This document shows, one piece after another, positions 11,586 to 23,346 of a stretch of 37,923 bases of DNA; the first letter of the stretch is position 1; every line of letters starts with the position of its first letter. Under the pieces are notes generated by a model. It saw only the letters and a program-made list of their open reading frames with translations. It had not been told where the DNA came from and did no database searches. Both the position numbers and the translations under genes were made by a program. The stretch spans positions 4,838,122 to 4,876,044 of the forward strand of contig NC_057752.1 in NCBI RefSeq assembly GCF_004010195.1, given 5' to 3'. The stretch comes from Chiloscyllium plagiosum (taxonomy: Eukaryota).

Positions 11586-12765
11586 ATGACAGAATGTAAA
11601 AATAAATTAGTGAATGCAAATGTTGGCTCCTTACAGTCTGAAACGGGAGAATTAATAATGGAAAACAAGGAAACGACAGAGCTATTAAACAACTACTTTA
11701 GATCAGTCTCCTTAGAAGACAACATCAATATCTTCCTAGAAGTGCTACGGAAACGAGGTTCAATTGGAAAGGAAGAATTGAAGGAGATTAGTATTAGTAA
11801 TAAAAGGTCATGTGAAATTAATGAGACTGAAAACTGATTAATCCACAGAGCCTGATAGTCGACGTCCCAGATATTAAAGGAGGTGGCCATGGAAATAATA
11901 AACAAGTTAATTGTCAGCTTCCAAGATTGTGTGGATTCTGGAACAGCACAAGCAGATGGGAGCACAGCAAATGTAACTCCACTGTTTAAAAAAAAAGAGG
12001 GAGAAAACCAGGAATTACTGACCAATTTGTGTAACATCAGTAGTAGGGAATGTGCTAGGGACTATTATAACAAAGATGTGATCACAGAACTTTGAAAATA
12101 CAATGGGATTGCACAAAAATACTGGCTTGACAACCCTACTGGTAGGCTTTGTTTTGAGGATGGAACTAATAGAATAGATGAGGGAGAATCAGTGGATGTA
12201 ATGTTTTTCAATTTTCAGACAGGTTCTTAGAGGTTGGTGTGCAAAATCAAAAGATATGGGATTGGTGCTAATATACTGGCATGGATTGAGAATTTATTAC
12301 CAGATAGGAAACAGAAAGAATAATTGGATCTCCTTTGGAGTGGAAGGTACTGCAGGGATCAGGATGCTGGGATTGACATATGAGGAGCGATTGGGCCAAT
12401 TGGGCCTGTGTTTACTGGAGTTTAGAATAATAAGATGGTACCTCATTGAAAAATCTTAAATTCTGACAGACTGGACACAGGGATAATTTTTCCCCTGACC
12501 ACAGGGGTTCAGAGCAAGGGATTACAGTTGCAGTCCAAAATGGCCCTACCATGAATCCTGTGATGAGGAGAAATTTCTTCGCTCAAAAAAAAAGGTGGTG
12601 AACCTGTGGAATCCTCTACCACAGAAGGCTGTGGAGACCAAAACACTGAATATGTTTAAGAAATAAATAAATAGCCTCCAGCAATCTAAGGGATCACAAT
12701 AATCATGTTAAACAGTGGAATGGCTCAATGAGCTGAAAGGCTATTTTCTGTGGTGCTATGTTCAA
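11586..12765 (+). mobile_element. Old, internally deleted CR1 LINE
   Basis: ELIMENKETTELLNNYFRSV, TANVTPLFKK, LTYEERLGQLGL motifs and a CR1 3' UTR; many stops and frameshifts. Confidence 0.85.
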
Positions 12766-13282
12766 GAACAGACACTAAGTGAATGTACAAGGGTGAATTG
12801 TTCGTATGCAATATAGTATGACTTGATTTTAAAATTACTGTTTATTTTGTGGTGGTTATTAAGCAAAAATAAGAAAGCATACATAGTGACAGTCAGTGAC
12901 AGAGGGCAGCGAAGATGTGGATGTATTGGTGAATGGGGAATTGGAATTGCGTTTACTAGTACTATATTCCAGTGAGTTGTTCATAAACAGACCAACTATG
13001 TGTGCGTGATGGCAGGTTAGGCAGCAAATGACAAACCATGATACATGCTCTGTTGAGTACAATAGAGCTCCTCCAGAGTGAACAGGCAGCTGGAGACCTG
13101 TTTCTGAACAGGAGGGATCTGCCACAAGTGTATATTGGTTTCACACAAGAGTCGTCAGTCTCAAGGTTAGTGTTATCATCTAGTAGGGTCTGGCAGGGAG
13201 GGATATCTAATGGAACTAGAGAACAGTTTGTAGTTCTATATTAATTAAGGGTTAATTGATTGAGACATAGATGCACTGGAGA

Positions 13283-13921
13283 GGGAGGCGATGGCCTAAT
13301 GGTATTATTGCTGGACTGTTACATGGATAGGATAAATAGACAAGGTCTTTTCCCTGGGGTGGGGGAGTCCAGAACTAGAGGGCATAGGTTTAGGGTGAGG
13401 GGAAAGATTTAAAAGAGACCTAAGGGGCAACTTTTTCACGCAGAGGGTGGTACGTGTGTGGAATGAGCTGCCAGAGGAAGTGGTAGAGGCTGGTACAATT
13501 ACAGCATTTAAAAGGCATTTGGATGGGTATATGAATTGGAGGGACATGGGCCGGGTGCTGGCAAGTAGGACTACATTGGGTTGGGATATCTGGTCAGCAT
13601 GAATGAGTTGAACTGAAGGGTCTGTTTCTGTGCTGTACATCTCTATGACTCTCTGACCCAGGTTCGAATCCTTCCATGGCAGAGGGTGGAATTCGAATTC
13701 AATAAAAATCTGGAATTGAGAAACTAATGATGGCCACAATAATTGTCAGTTGTTGTGAAAAATCTATCTCATGCGCTAATGTCCTTTAGGGAAGGAAACT
13801 GTCATCCTTACCTGGTCTGGCCTACATGTCACTCCAGACCCACAGCAATGGGGTTGATTCTTAACTGCCCCCGGGCAATAAATGTGGCCGAGCCAGTGAC
13901 ACAGACATCCAATGAATAAAC
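13283..13921 (+). mobile_element. tRNA-derived SINE (second family) split by a CR1 3' end
   Basis: A box tggcctaatgg at ~13292 and B box ggttcgaatcc at ~13661, separated by the CR1 insert; body tcctttagggaaggaaac..; tail gggcaataaatgtggcc..atgaataaa shared with the 10858-11580 LINE family. Confidence 0.75.
13322..13652 (+). mobile_element. CR1 LINE 3' end (HER1-like)
   Basis: MDRINRQGLFPGVGESRTRGHRF..; ends gtctgtttctgtgctgtacatctctatgactct. Confidence 0.9.
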
Positions 13922-14256
13922 AAATCTGGGGAGTGAGTGATCAGTACGGTTGAAGTTTGTGGGGCAAGGAGTGACAAAACAAAGGTAAATGACTGGAATC
14001 TGTCTAACCAGCATTTTCACCTCAGTCAGCAGACAGTTCTTGTTAACCAGTAACAACCTTTGGATGACCAGATGGCTTAGCTGAAGCAGACAAAGTAACC
14101 TGCTGCAGAATGAAGGCATTGTGATTTGCTGTCAGCATAGCAGGTGTTGATCTGTCTAGGGTCACACAACAGCTCGACGTTTGATGGAGGAAACCCTATT
14201 GTTGTGGTAGATCTCAAAGTTGGCAGGGTGTACCCACAAAGCAATAGGTGCATTAA

Positions 14257-14352
14257 GTGGTACGTGTATGGAATGAGCTGCCAGAGGAAGTGGTAGCGGC
14301 TGGTACAATTACAGCATTTAAAAGGCTTTTGGATGGGTATATGAATAGGAAA
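14257..14352 (+). mobile_element. Short CR1 3' fragment
   Basis: gtggtacgtgtatggaatgagctgccagaggaagtggt.. nearly identical to 13447-13540. Confidence 0.8.
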
Positions 14353-14512
14353 GCCAAAGGGAAAGCCTTATGTCCTATTCACCTGCTGCTTCCTGGCAAG
14401 GGAGGATGAAACATGATCAGCTTTCTTTGAAAGTCAAGCCTCCATGACTTGCCTTGCATGATAGTGGATAGCACGCTGCTGAATGGTGCAAAGAGCTCCA
14501 GCCAGGCACAGT

Positions 14513-14832
14513 GGGCGGCACGGTGGCACAGTGGTTAGCACTGCTGCCTCGCAGCGCCAGAGACCCGGGTTCAATTCCCGACTCAGGCGACTGACTGTGT
14601 GGAGTTTGCACGTTCTCCCCGTGTCTGCGTGGGTTTCCTCCGGGTGCTCCGGTTTCCTCCCACAGTCCAAAGATGTGCAGGTTAGGTGAATTGGCCATAC
14701 TAAATTGTCCGTAGCCTTAGGTAAGGGGTAAATGTAGGGGTATGGGTGGGTTTCGCTTTGGCGGGTCGGTGTGGATTTGTTGGGCCGAAGGGCCTGTTTC
14801 CACACTGTAATCTAATCTAATCTAATCTAATC
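14513..14832 (+). mobile_element. Full-length, young-looking HE1-like V-SINE
   Basis: gggcggcacggtggcacagtggttagcactgctgcctc; A box 14524-14534, B box GGTTCAATTCC 14568-14578; V-domain; (TAATC)5 tail; many CpGs retained. Confidence 0.95.
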
Positions 14833-15159
14833 AGAACCATTACTATGATGACAGGCAACACAGTCCTTGCTTTGCTCTGAGATTGTGGCAGCAGCCATAC
14901 AGAGAGAAGCAGATTTCAATGAGGAAATCTTTACTGAACGTTGTTACTCGCTGAGGTTCAGGTAGGAGAGTTCCTCCTTGAAACAAGAGTGCATACGGGC
15001 TCCTATCTTTTCGAGCAGTTTTTCCTGCTTTGTGTGTCCCCTGTTCATTCTCCAAGTTATGCTTTTTTGGGAGTCAAATGTCTGCTTGCGTACTAATATC
15101 TGGAAGCACTCTTGTTTGTACAGAGGCCTGTAGTCAGGACCAAGTACCTTGTAAATGTT

Positions 15160-15445
15160 AAGAGACAAAAACTCAAAAATTGCTGGAAAAGCTTGGCAGG
15201 TCTGGCAGTATCTGTGGAGAATCAAAGTTAACATTTCAGGTTGAGTGACTCTTCCCTTAGCCACTTTAAAGAACTGTAGAAAGCACCAAGTACTTATAGA
15301 ATCCAAACATAGCTGAAAGGAGACATTAAGTCAAAGTTTTTAATTTTTTCGAGTCATCAGGACAGGGACATAAGAAATCAAAGTTGGAAATGGTACATTG
15401 ATTTCTACAGCATGAGAAGAGGGTACTGATTGGTTAGGCCATTGC
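15160..15445 (-). mobile_element. Degenerate PLE pLTR-related fragments
   Basis: gctggaaaagcttggcaggtctggcagtatctgtggaga (pLTR-like); the reverse complement near 15330-15365 retains gtcCTGATGA with a decayed stem II/GAAA. Confidence 0.55.
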
Positions 15446-16584
15446 TAGTAATGTAGATACAGAAAGATCATTTAACTATTCAATCTTTGTTCTCAGACCA
15501 GATGGGTATACTAATTGTTAATCTTTGCATTCCCCACGGCAACACCTGACCAATCTCAATGACACCGTTCTGAATGAGAAAAAGGGCAATCTATATGACA
15601 AATTCCTTTTGCCGACATCAACCAGGATCTGTGTGTTAACACGTGTAGCTTCTAGAATTCACAATGCACATTACACTCAGGCTAATAAACAACATAGAAA
15701 CCAGGTCCCTACAAAAGGAGAGTTTTATTCCCTCAATCACAATCAACAGGGCTGCAAACAGAGTGCTGGCTTTCTCACAGGCAAATTATTTTGACTCCAC
15801 AAACAAAGTGATGTTAAAACTTCAAAAATCCAAGGGAAAAAAATAATCAATGAGGGCCTGTGTAAATAGGTTATATTGTTCACTGCAGACAATCAGCCTT
15901 CAGCCATATAACAGGCCTCAGCAGGGTCTATTACTGTCATACTGCAGTGTCATGCTGCTTGGAACTATCCACAAGCAGCCTATTTGCAATTGTAGTCCAA
16001 TACACTCATGAGGAAGTTAGATAATGGAATATCTTCTGTCATTGCAGTGGCAGAGGAAGTCTGCATCAATGAGCATCCAGAGCTGGCACCAACTCCATCC
16101 CCATGGTGTATTTGATGTCACTGATCCATGGAAACCACTCTTATTCCACACAATATTTGGTGTTCCTGCTTCCTGTGAGTGGGAGGGAGGCATGAGGGGT
16201 CACAAGCATTGTGGACAAGTGTTTGCAATGGGGCAGTGGGCAAATTGTTACTCCAGGATTTGAATTCATTTAAGATGTCTGAAAGACACTCACTGTATTG
16301 CTTCTTTGATGCAGGCACCTCACTGTAGTGTCATTGGCACTGCAGCTACAGGAATGATGAGTACACCCATCCCAGCAAACCCAGCCATTGAATAAACCAC
16401 ACATGGAAGGAAACAATAGAAGTGCAATGAAGATGGATAGAAGAAGACTTCAGTGCAGCAGAAATGCCAACAAAAACCAGATGGGCTGAATAACCTGTTT
16501 CTGTGCTGTAAATACTGTGTAATTCTACAAAATTAATAAAAGTCAGAGCAAACAAATTTGTCTTATCTTAAAGAAATTTCATTG

Positions 16585-16945
16585 TCTCTGCATATCGTCC
16601 CTGTGTCTAAGTGGGTTTTCTCCGGGTGCTACGGTTTCCAAAGATGTGCAGGTTAGGGTGGACTGGCCATGCTAAATTACCCCATAGTGCCCAGGGATGT
16701 GCAAGTTAGGGTGGATTGGCCGTGATAAATTGTCCCATAGTGTCCAGAGATGTGCAGGTTAGGGTGGATTGGCCGTGATAAATTGCCCCATTGTGTCCAG
16801 GATGTGTAGGATAGGTGGATTAGCCATGGGAAATACGGGGATAGGGTAAGGGTTGGGTCTGAGTGGGTTGCTCTTTGGAAAGTTGGTCTAAGACTTGATG
16901 GGCCGAATGGCCACTTTCCACACTGTGGAGATTCTGTGATTCTAT
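16585..16945 (+). mobile_element. 5'-truncated HE1-like V-SINE with internal 53-bp tandem amplification
   Basis: gatgtgcaggttagggtggattggcc unit starts at 16643, 16696, 16749 and 16801; CR1-like tail. Confidence 0.9.
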
Positions 16946-17944
16946 ATGTGGAGGTGACACTGGAGTAAAGGTCCACAGTTCCCTTCATTGTACAAAGACA
17001 TTTTTCATTCTGTCAAGGACTGAAATACTGAACAGTGTCAGGCTATTCAACCATAAAAAGGTGAAACCATTGTCGAGCCCAACCTTGACTTCATCCGATA
17101 TTTGCACATGGACAATTTCCAGCAACAGCCTGGTTCTTCTGCTCGTGAAACGAGTGGTACGGAGGCCAATGATTGGTCTGTATGGCTCAGTGAACTATCC
17201 AATTCAATCCAGCAGAGAGTCTGTGAATTCAGATAGATCTCAAACAATTTCAAACACACAGTTATCAATTTGTATCCTTCAAAATTCATTTTTGCTGAGG
17301 TGAACTTCTGGCATCCTCTCAGTTCACTGAATTGTTTATCACTTCACTTCTGAAACAGTGACGTTTACAATGGGAAATTGGACTGACTGTCAGAATTCAC
17401 TTCCCCATTTTTAAACCAAGTTCAGTCTTGTTTGAATTGGACCTCTTATAAATCCTACTTGTGCATTTCAATTCCAGTCTCTATTTTGCAACACTGATAT
17501 TTCCTGTTGTTTGGACACACAGAATTAAATCCAAAACACAGTCTGCAGGAAGTCTGGAAGACTCCAGGATGACATTTCTCTGATTTTAGATTTACTCGAT
17601 TGAACCTCTGACAGAAGTAAGCTTTTGCTTAAGATTATGTCCAGACTCTAAATTTCACTTAATGTCTACATCTGAAAGATTGACCGCAATGCAGGATTTT
17701 GTCTATGAATAGTGTGACTCCAGTTAGAGAAATGTGGTTTGTTCCCTTTTTCAATTTTTTTTTACATCCCCTTCCAATTCTGCCCAGATAATATCAGATT
17801 TCAACAGCAATCCAGAAATGTATATCTGCCAAATGACTGAACTTCACGTGTACAAACTATTTTCAATCATCTCAACTGACCCAGATCCAACATCCAATCA
17901 CAGCCCCTTTCATTTCACAGGGTTCCATTAAATGGCAAGTAGGG

Positions 17945-18030
17945 ACAAAATTCCTGGCTGAGTTTTCTCATCCCTAGCTGAGGTACACTGAAGTAGTGAC
18001 ACTGCCAGTGCTGATTTAGCTCACGTTCCT
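17945..18030 (-). mobile_element. LF-SINE-like fragment
   Basis: Reverse complement gagctaaatcagc..cctcagctagggatgagaaaactcagccagga resembles the LF-SINE core as I recall it. Confidence 0.4.
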
Positions 18031-18474
18031 CATCCGTGTGTGTCAACAACATATCAGAAAAGGGACACACACATGTCTCGGGAACCCAAAGTTGGTACTG
18101 GAGGTGGAGGGCACTGCAAATACTGGACCCATTCCTGACCATTTTAGGCAGCCAATTCAGTTCCATTGAGAGCTTTGTTTAAGTTGATCAACTGGGCGAG
18201 TTTCCTGCCATAATGGGAGGTGGTTAGGAGTCCAATGCACCAGGTTGGCCTACAGCCCTCCCCTGCCTGGGTGTGGGTGCAGCCAAAGGCTGCCATGCAG
18301 AATGGTGGCCTGGCTGTGGTATTACAGAGGCATGAAGAAATGGGAGAGGGCACCTTCATGAAGTGACCTTATTACCATCCATTATTGCTGTTCCTCACAA
18401 GTTAAACAGCGTCTGGAGAATGCGTTTCTGTGCCAGTTAAGGGGGCACCCAAATTATCCAAAGAGCAATTATTT

Positions 18475-18655
18475 ATAGAGTCATAGAGGTCTACAGCATG
18501 AAAACGGGCCCTTTGGTCCAACTTGGCCATGTCACCCAGTTTTCACAATTTAAATGGATCCCATTTGCCTATGTTTGGTCTATATCCTTCCATACCTATC
18601 TCATCCATCTACCTGTCTAAAAGCTTCTTAATTGACAAAATTGTACTTGCCTCCC
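18475..18655 (-). mobile_element. CR1 LINE 3' end fragment
   Basis: atagagtcatagaggtctacagcatgaaaacgggccctttggtcca is the reverse-complement CR1 tail. Confidence 0.8.
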
Positions 18656-18910
18656 TTTTACAGGAGGACTGAATCATTTACAGAGCCTTAGGTGAGATTT
18701 GCATACACCATTTGCTTCCTGGAGCCACTTTTAGACTCTGGCTGAACCTGCTGGGAGAGGGTGGAACACCAGAACCTTGGAGCTAGTCTGCTCCAAGTCC
18801 CACAAAGACAAAAATATAGAATAACTGCCAAAATCAGATATCTCCAGGCAACTATTTGGACAGCTTAGCAACTACATTGAAGTGCTGTCAGACAGACAGC
18901 AAAATAGAAG

Positions 18911-20243
18911 GGACGGAAAGGTTTCCCGTGGGAGACTGGTTAGCAAGGTTAGATCTCATGGAATACAGGGAGAACTAGCCATTTGGATACAGAACTGGCT
19001 CAAAGGTAGAAGACAGAGGGTGGTGGTGGAGGGTTGTTTTTCAGACTGGAGGCCTGTGAACAGTGGAGTGCCACAAGGATCGGTGCTGGACCCTCTACTT
19101 TTTGTAATTTACATAAATGATTTAGATGTGAGCTTAAGAGGTACCGTTAGTAAATTTGCAGATGACACCAAAGTTGGAGGTGTAGTGGACAGCAAAGAAG
19201 GTTACCTCAGATTACAACAGAATCTTGACCAGATGGGCCAATGGGCTGAGAAATGGCAGATGGAGTTTAATTTAGATAAATGTGAGGTGCTGCATTCTGG
19301 GAAAGCAAATCTTAGCAGGACTTATGCACTTAATGGTAAGGTCCTAGGGAGTGTTGCTGAACAAAGAGACCTTGGAGTGCAGGCTCATAGCTCCTTGAAA
19401 GTGGAGTCGCAGGTAGATAGGATAGTGAAGGCGGCGTTTGGTACGCTTTCTTTTATTGGTCAGAGTATCGAGTACAGGAGTTGAGAGGTCATGTTGCATC
19501 TGAACAGGACATTGGTTCAGCCACTTTTGGAATATTATGTGCAATTCTGGTCTCCTTCCTTTCAGAAGGATGTTGTGAAATTTGAAAGAGTTCAGAAAAG
19601 ACTTACAATGGATGTTGCCAGGGTTGGAGAATTTGAGCTATTAGGGAGAAGCTGAACTGGCTGGGGCTGTTTTCAGAGGAGCAGGAAAATTGACGTTTCG
19701 GGCAGGAGCACTTCATCAGGCTCCTGCCCAAAACATCGATTTTCCTGATCCTCCAATGCTGCCTGACCTGCTGTGCTTTTTCAGCACCACTCTAATCTTG
19801 ACTCTGATCTCCAGCATCTGCAGTCCTCACTTTCACCTAGGGCTGTTTTCCCTGGAGTGGAGGCTGAGGGGTGACCTTATAGAGGTTTATAAAATCATGA
19901 GGGGCATGGATAGAATAAATAGACAAAGTCTTTTCCCTGGGGTGGGGGAGTCCAGAACTAGAGGGCATAGGTTTAAGGTGAGAGGAGAAAGATATAACAG
20001 AGACCTAAGGGGCAACAATTTTCATGCAGAGGGTGGTGCGTGTGTGGAATGAGCTGCCAGAGGAAGTGGTGGAGGCTGGTACAATTACAGCATTTAAAAA
20101 GGCATCTGGATGGGTATAGAACAGGAAGAGTTTGGAGGGATATGGACCAGGTGCTGGCAGGTGGGACTAAATTGGGTTGGGATTTCTGGTCGCATAGATG
20201 AGTTGAACCAAAGGGTCTGTTTGCGTGCTCTACAGCTCTATGA
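18911..20243 (+). mobile_element. 5'-truncated CR1 LINE (RT C-half plus 3' UTR)
   Basis: SGVPQGSVLDPLLFVIYINDL, SKFADDTK, WAEKWQMEFNLDKCEVLH, RLRGDLIEVYKIMRG; interrupted at 19675-19839. Confidence 0.95.
19675..19839. mobile_element. Non-coding PLE fold-back unit nested in CR1, with TSD
   Basis: TSD GGGCTGTTTTC at 19664-19674 and 19840-19850. Minus-strand CTGATGA-A-GTGC-tcct-GCCC-GAAACGTC at 19692-19719; pLTR tail on the plus strand. Confidence 0.85.
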
Positions 20244-21448
20244 CATAAGACTGTATAAGAAGCTATTATAGAAAGATACAGAAATGTTTATTCTCGGTAA
20301 TACACATGCAATCATAGAGACCGAGAGTATTTTACAGCTTGAGTCATCTCTCATAGTATCCAATGCCTGAGGTAATAATAGCCCAGGTCTATTATTGAGG
20401 ATTGATGGTGTGTCTTTCACTCAAATAAAAGGTTCTTTGATTATTTACCCCGAAGAGAAAGACAGCAGATGGGAGGGTGGGGGGATGGGAAGTAGTTGAG
20501 AATGACAAATGATTTGCAGGCTGGTTTATTTGATTTCAGGGAGTCTTGTTTATTTACTTGTGGGAGAATCATGTACTTTTAAAAATATATGATGAGATCT
20601 TATTTTATTGTACATGAGGATTCACATTTTTAGCTGGCAGAGACTCAGGATTTTATGTGAATGCAAGAATTTGATATTACATGGTGAGGGAATTAAGATT
20701 TCCACATGTGAGGAACTCATTCTTTTATGTGCTTCATTTTAATAATATGTTGTTCACTCACTGGTTTCGAAATGTATCCAGCCCTTAGTTGCAAAGGTTT
20801 TGTTTCTGCAGTAGAATGTTCTGAAGTAACATGCATTGTCAAAAATCACAATAGATATCACCAGATTTGATGTCATTTAATCAGTCTCTTTGTCTAGAGA
20901 CGAGGGTAAATATTTTATGAAGCGCATATAAATGATGTTTTCAATGGCTTCTGTACAAAGAATGTGCATTGTCTGGGAGCCCAGTCTTTGTGTTTGATCC
21001 CTTGATTAATGGGTTTTCTGCAGCAGTTTTAAATAAGAAATGCAAAGGTCTTATGCCAGGGTGTTCCAAACTCTATTTTTCTGTGACTGATGCAGTACTG
21101 AAGTTTCTTTTCAGTTTAGACTGTTTTCAGTTAGAGCGACAAGACAAAGAAATCCGACACAATATGTGCAGTTTCTTGCAACACCCATGTATGAATCAGC
21201 AAACCACAATGGATAAGGAATGGTGCCATCTACTGGGTGATTAATAGAATTGCCAAGCCTGACAGAAACACAAGGAACAAACAGCACAAACTGGACTCAA
21301 TGGGCTCTCCCCATAGCAGACCACAAAGACCAGAAGATGTCGGAACAGGTGTAGGCCACTGAGTCCATGAGTCTGGCTTGCCATTCGATGAGATCCTGTC
21401 TAGTATGATAGATCTCAACTCCACTTTTCCTGCCTTTTATCCTTGATT

Positions 21449-22723
21449 AGAGACAAAAAAGTACAGATGTTGGAATCCAAAGTAGACAGGCAGGAGGCTG
21501 GAAGAACACAGCAAGCCAGACAGCATCGACATATCAGATATAACCCTTCTTCAGGACTGAGGGTAGGTGTGGGGGAGCTACAAACCTACAGACTCCCATA
21601 ACTACCTGGACTACATCTCCTCCCACCCAGTATCCTGCAAGAACACCATCCCACTCTCCCAGTTCCTCCACCTCTGCCACATCTGCTAAGACATTCCACT
21701 CGCGAGCATCCCAGATGTCCACCTATTTCAAACAACGTGCTTTTCCTCCCTTTGTCATCCAGACAGCCCTTCACTGCACCACCTCCATTCCCCACCCACT
21801 GCTCTAAACTGCCCCACACACAATAAAGACAGGGTCCCCCTTCTCCTCACCTACCATCCCACCAGTCTCTGCATCCAACGCATCATTCTTAAACACTTCT
21901 GCCAACTCCAACTAGACCACACCACCAAGAACATCTTTTCCTCCTCACCCCTGTCTGCCTTCCACAAGGACCGTTTCCTTTGACATTCCTTGGTTCATGC
22001 CACCCCACCACTGAACCCCCAGGTACCTTCCCCTGCAACCAGAAAAGATGCAAAACTTGCTGGTACATCACCCCTCTCCCTTCATTTCCATTCAGGGCCC
22101 CAAACAGTCCTTCTAGGTGAGACAGAGGTTCACCTGCCTCTCTTCCAGCACAGTTTACTGTATCCGATGTTCCCGATGTGGTCTTCTCTACATCGGGGAG
22201 ACCAAATATAAACTGAGGGAACGGCTCACTGAACATCTCAGCCGGGCCCACAGGGGCCAACTGGACCTCCCAGTCACCACCCATTTTAATTCCCCCTTCC
22301 CACTCCCTTTCCGACATGACCATCCTTGACCTCCTCCATTGCCAAAACAAACCACAGCATCTTTTGGCGGAATAACACCTCACCTTCCGTCTGGGCGGCC
22401 TACAGCCTGGAGGACTCAACATTGAGTATCCCAGTTTCAAATAACTTCCCTCCCCATCCCGACTCCCTTCCCAGCCCCTCCTCCTCATTCCCACTGCTCC
22501 CTTCCACCAACTGGATTCATTCCTCCCATTGACCAACCAGGTCGTACCCTCTACCTGTCTTCACCTATCCCCACCTCACCACCCTGCCCCCGCCTACCCC
22601 TTTATCTGCAGCTCCCCATACACCCACCCTGAGTCCTGAAGAAGGGTTACACCCAAAACGTCGACTTCTCCACCTCATGGTGCTGCCTGGCTTGCTGTGT
22701 TCTTCCAGCCTCTTGCTTGTCTA
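21449..22723 (+). mobile_element. Penelope-like element (Neptune-type) with RT thumb, GIY-YIG endonuclease and inverted pLTRs
   Basis: YKPTDSHNYLDYISSHPVSCKNTIPLSQFL and FTCLSSSTVYCIRCSRCGLLYIGETKYKLRERLTEHL. pLTR 22610-22723 is inverted at 21449-21578. TSD CTTTTA(T/C)CCTTGATT at 21434-21448 and 22724-22738. Confidence 0.93.
22632..22666 (+). ncRNA. Hammerhead ribozyme motif in the Penelope pLTR (probably inactivated)
   Basis: agtc-CTGAAGA-A-GGGT-tac-ACCC-aAAAC-GTC-gact; catalytic G12 reads A (CpG-type change). Confidence 0.72.
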
Positions 22724-23098
22724 CTTTTACCCTTGATTCCCTTACAGATGAAAAATCTGTCCATCTCAGCCTTGAATATACTGAATGATCCAGCTTCAGC
22801 AGACCCTTGTGGTAAAAACTGCCACAGGTTCCCTTCGGAGCAGAAATGTCTTCTCCTCTGTCTTAAATGAGTAATCCTTTATTCTGAGGTTATACCCTCT
22901 GGTCCTATATACTCTCTCAAGGGGAAAACAACCTTTCACCATCAACCCAGTCCAGTTTGTATGTTCAATAAAGTTCCCTCTTATTCTTCTAAATTCCGAA
23001 TACACCATTCTACTCTACATGAAATAAATGATATTTTTAAACAATAAAGCTTTCATTTAATGTTGGACTGGCACTTGCACATTCAGATAAATCCTGTG

Positions 23099-23346
23099 CT
23101 GAAAATGTGTTGCTGGAAAAGCGCAGCAGGTCAGGCAGCATCCAGGGAACAGGAGAATCGACGTTTCGGGCATAAGCCCTTCTTCAGGAATCAGGAGAAT
23201 CGACGTTTCGGGCATAAGCCCTTCTTTCGGGCTTATGCCCGAAACGTCGATTCTCCTGTTCCCTGGATGCTGCCTGACCTGCTGCGCTTTTCCAGCAACA
23301 CATTTTCAGCTCTGATCTCCAGCATCTGCAGACCTCACTTTCTCCT
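23099..23346. mobile_element. Non-coding PLE fold-back element (family A) with 15-bp TSD
   Basis: Perfect 81-bp inverted arms 23099-23179 / 23229-23309, ~37-nt tail. TSD CAGATAAATCCTGTG at 23084-23098 and 23347-23361. Confidence 0.93.
23160..23187 (-). ncRNA. Minimal type I hammerhead ribozyme (family A), intact core
   Basis: Reverse complement CTGAAGA-A-GGGC-TTAT-GCCC-GAAAC-GTC. Confidence 0.8.

Larger units (their letters stand above)
21320..23005 (-). mobile_element. CR1 LINE 3' end split by a Penelope insertion
   Basis: RRIRGNFIE..RTRGYNLRIK on the minus strand at 22800-23005; its 3' UTR continues at 21320-21448. Confidence 0.75.

Noticed and set aside
14513..14590. Functional tRNA gene
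   Set aside because: It is the tRNA-derived head of a SINE, continuous with the V-domain and tail.
15330..15365. Hammerhead ribozyme on the minus strand
   Set aside because: Only CTGATGA remains; stem II and GAAA are decayed.
17047..17303. Overlapping ORFs on both strands in unique sequence
   Set aside because: Weak splice signals; cannot choose a frame or product.
21889..22536. 215-aa minus-strand ORF
   Set aside because: Antisense to Penelope coding sequence.
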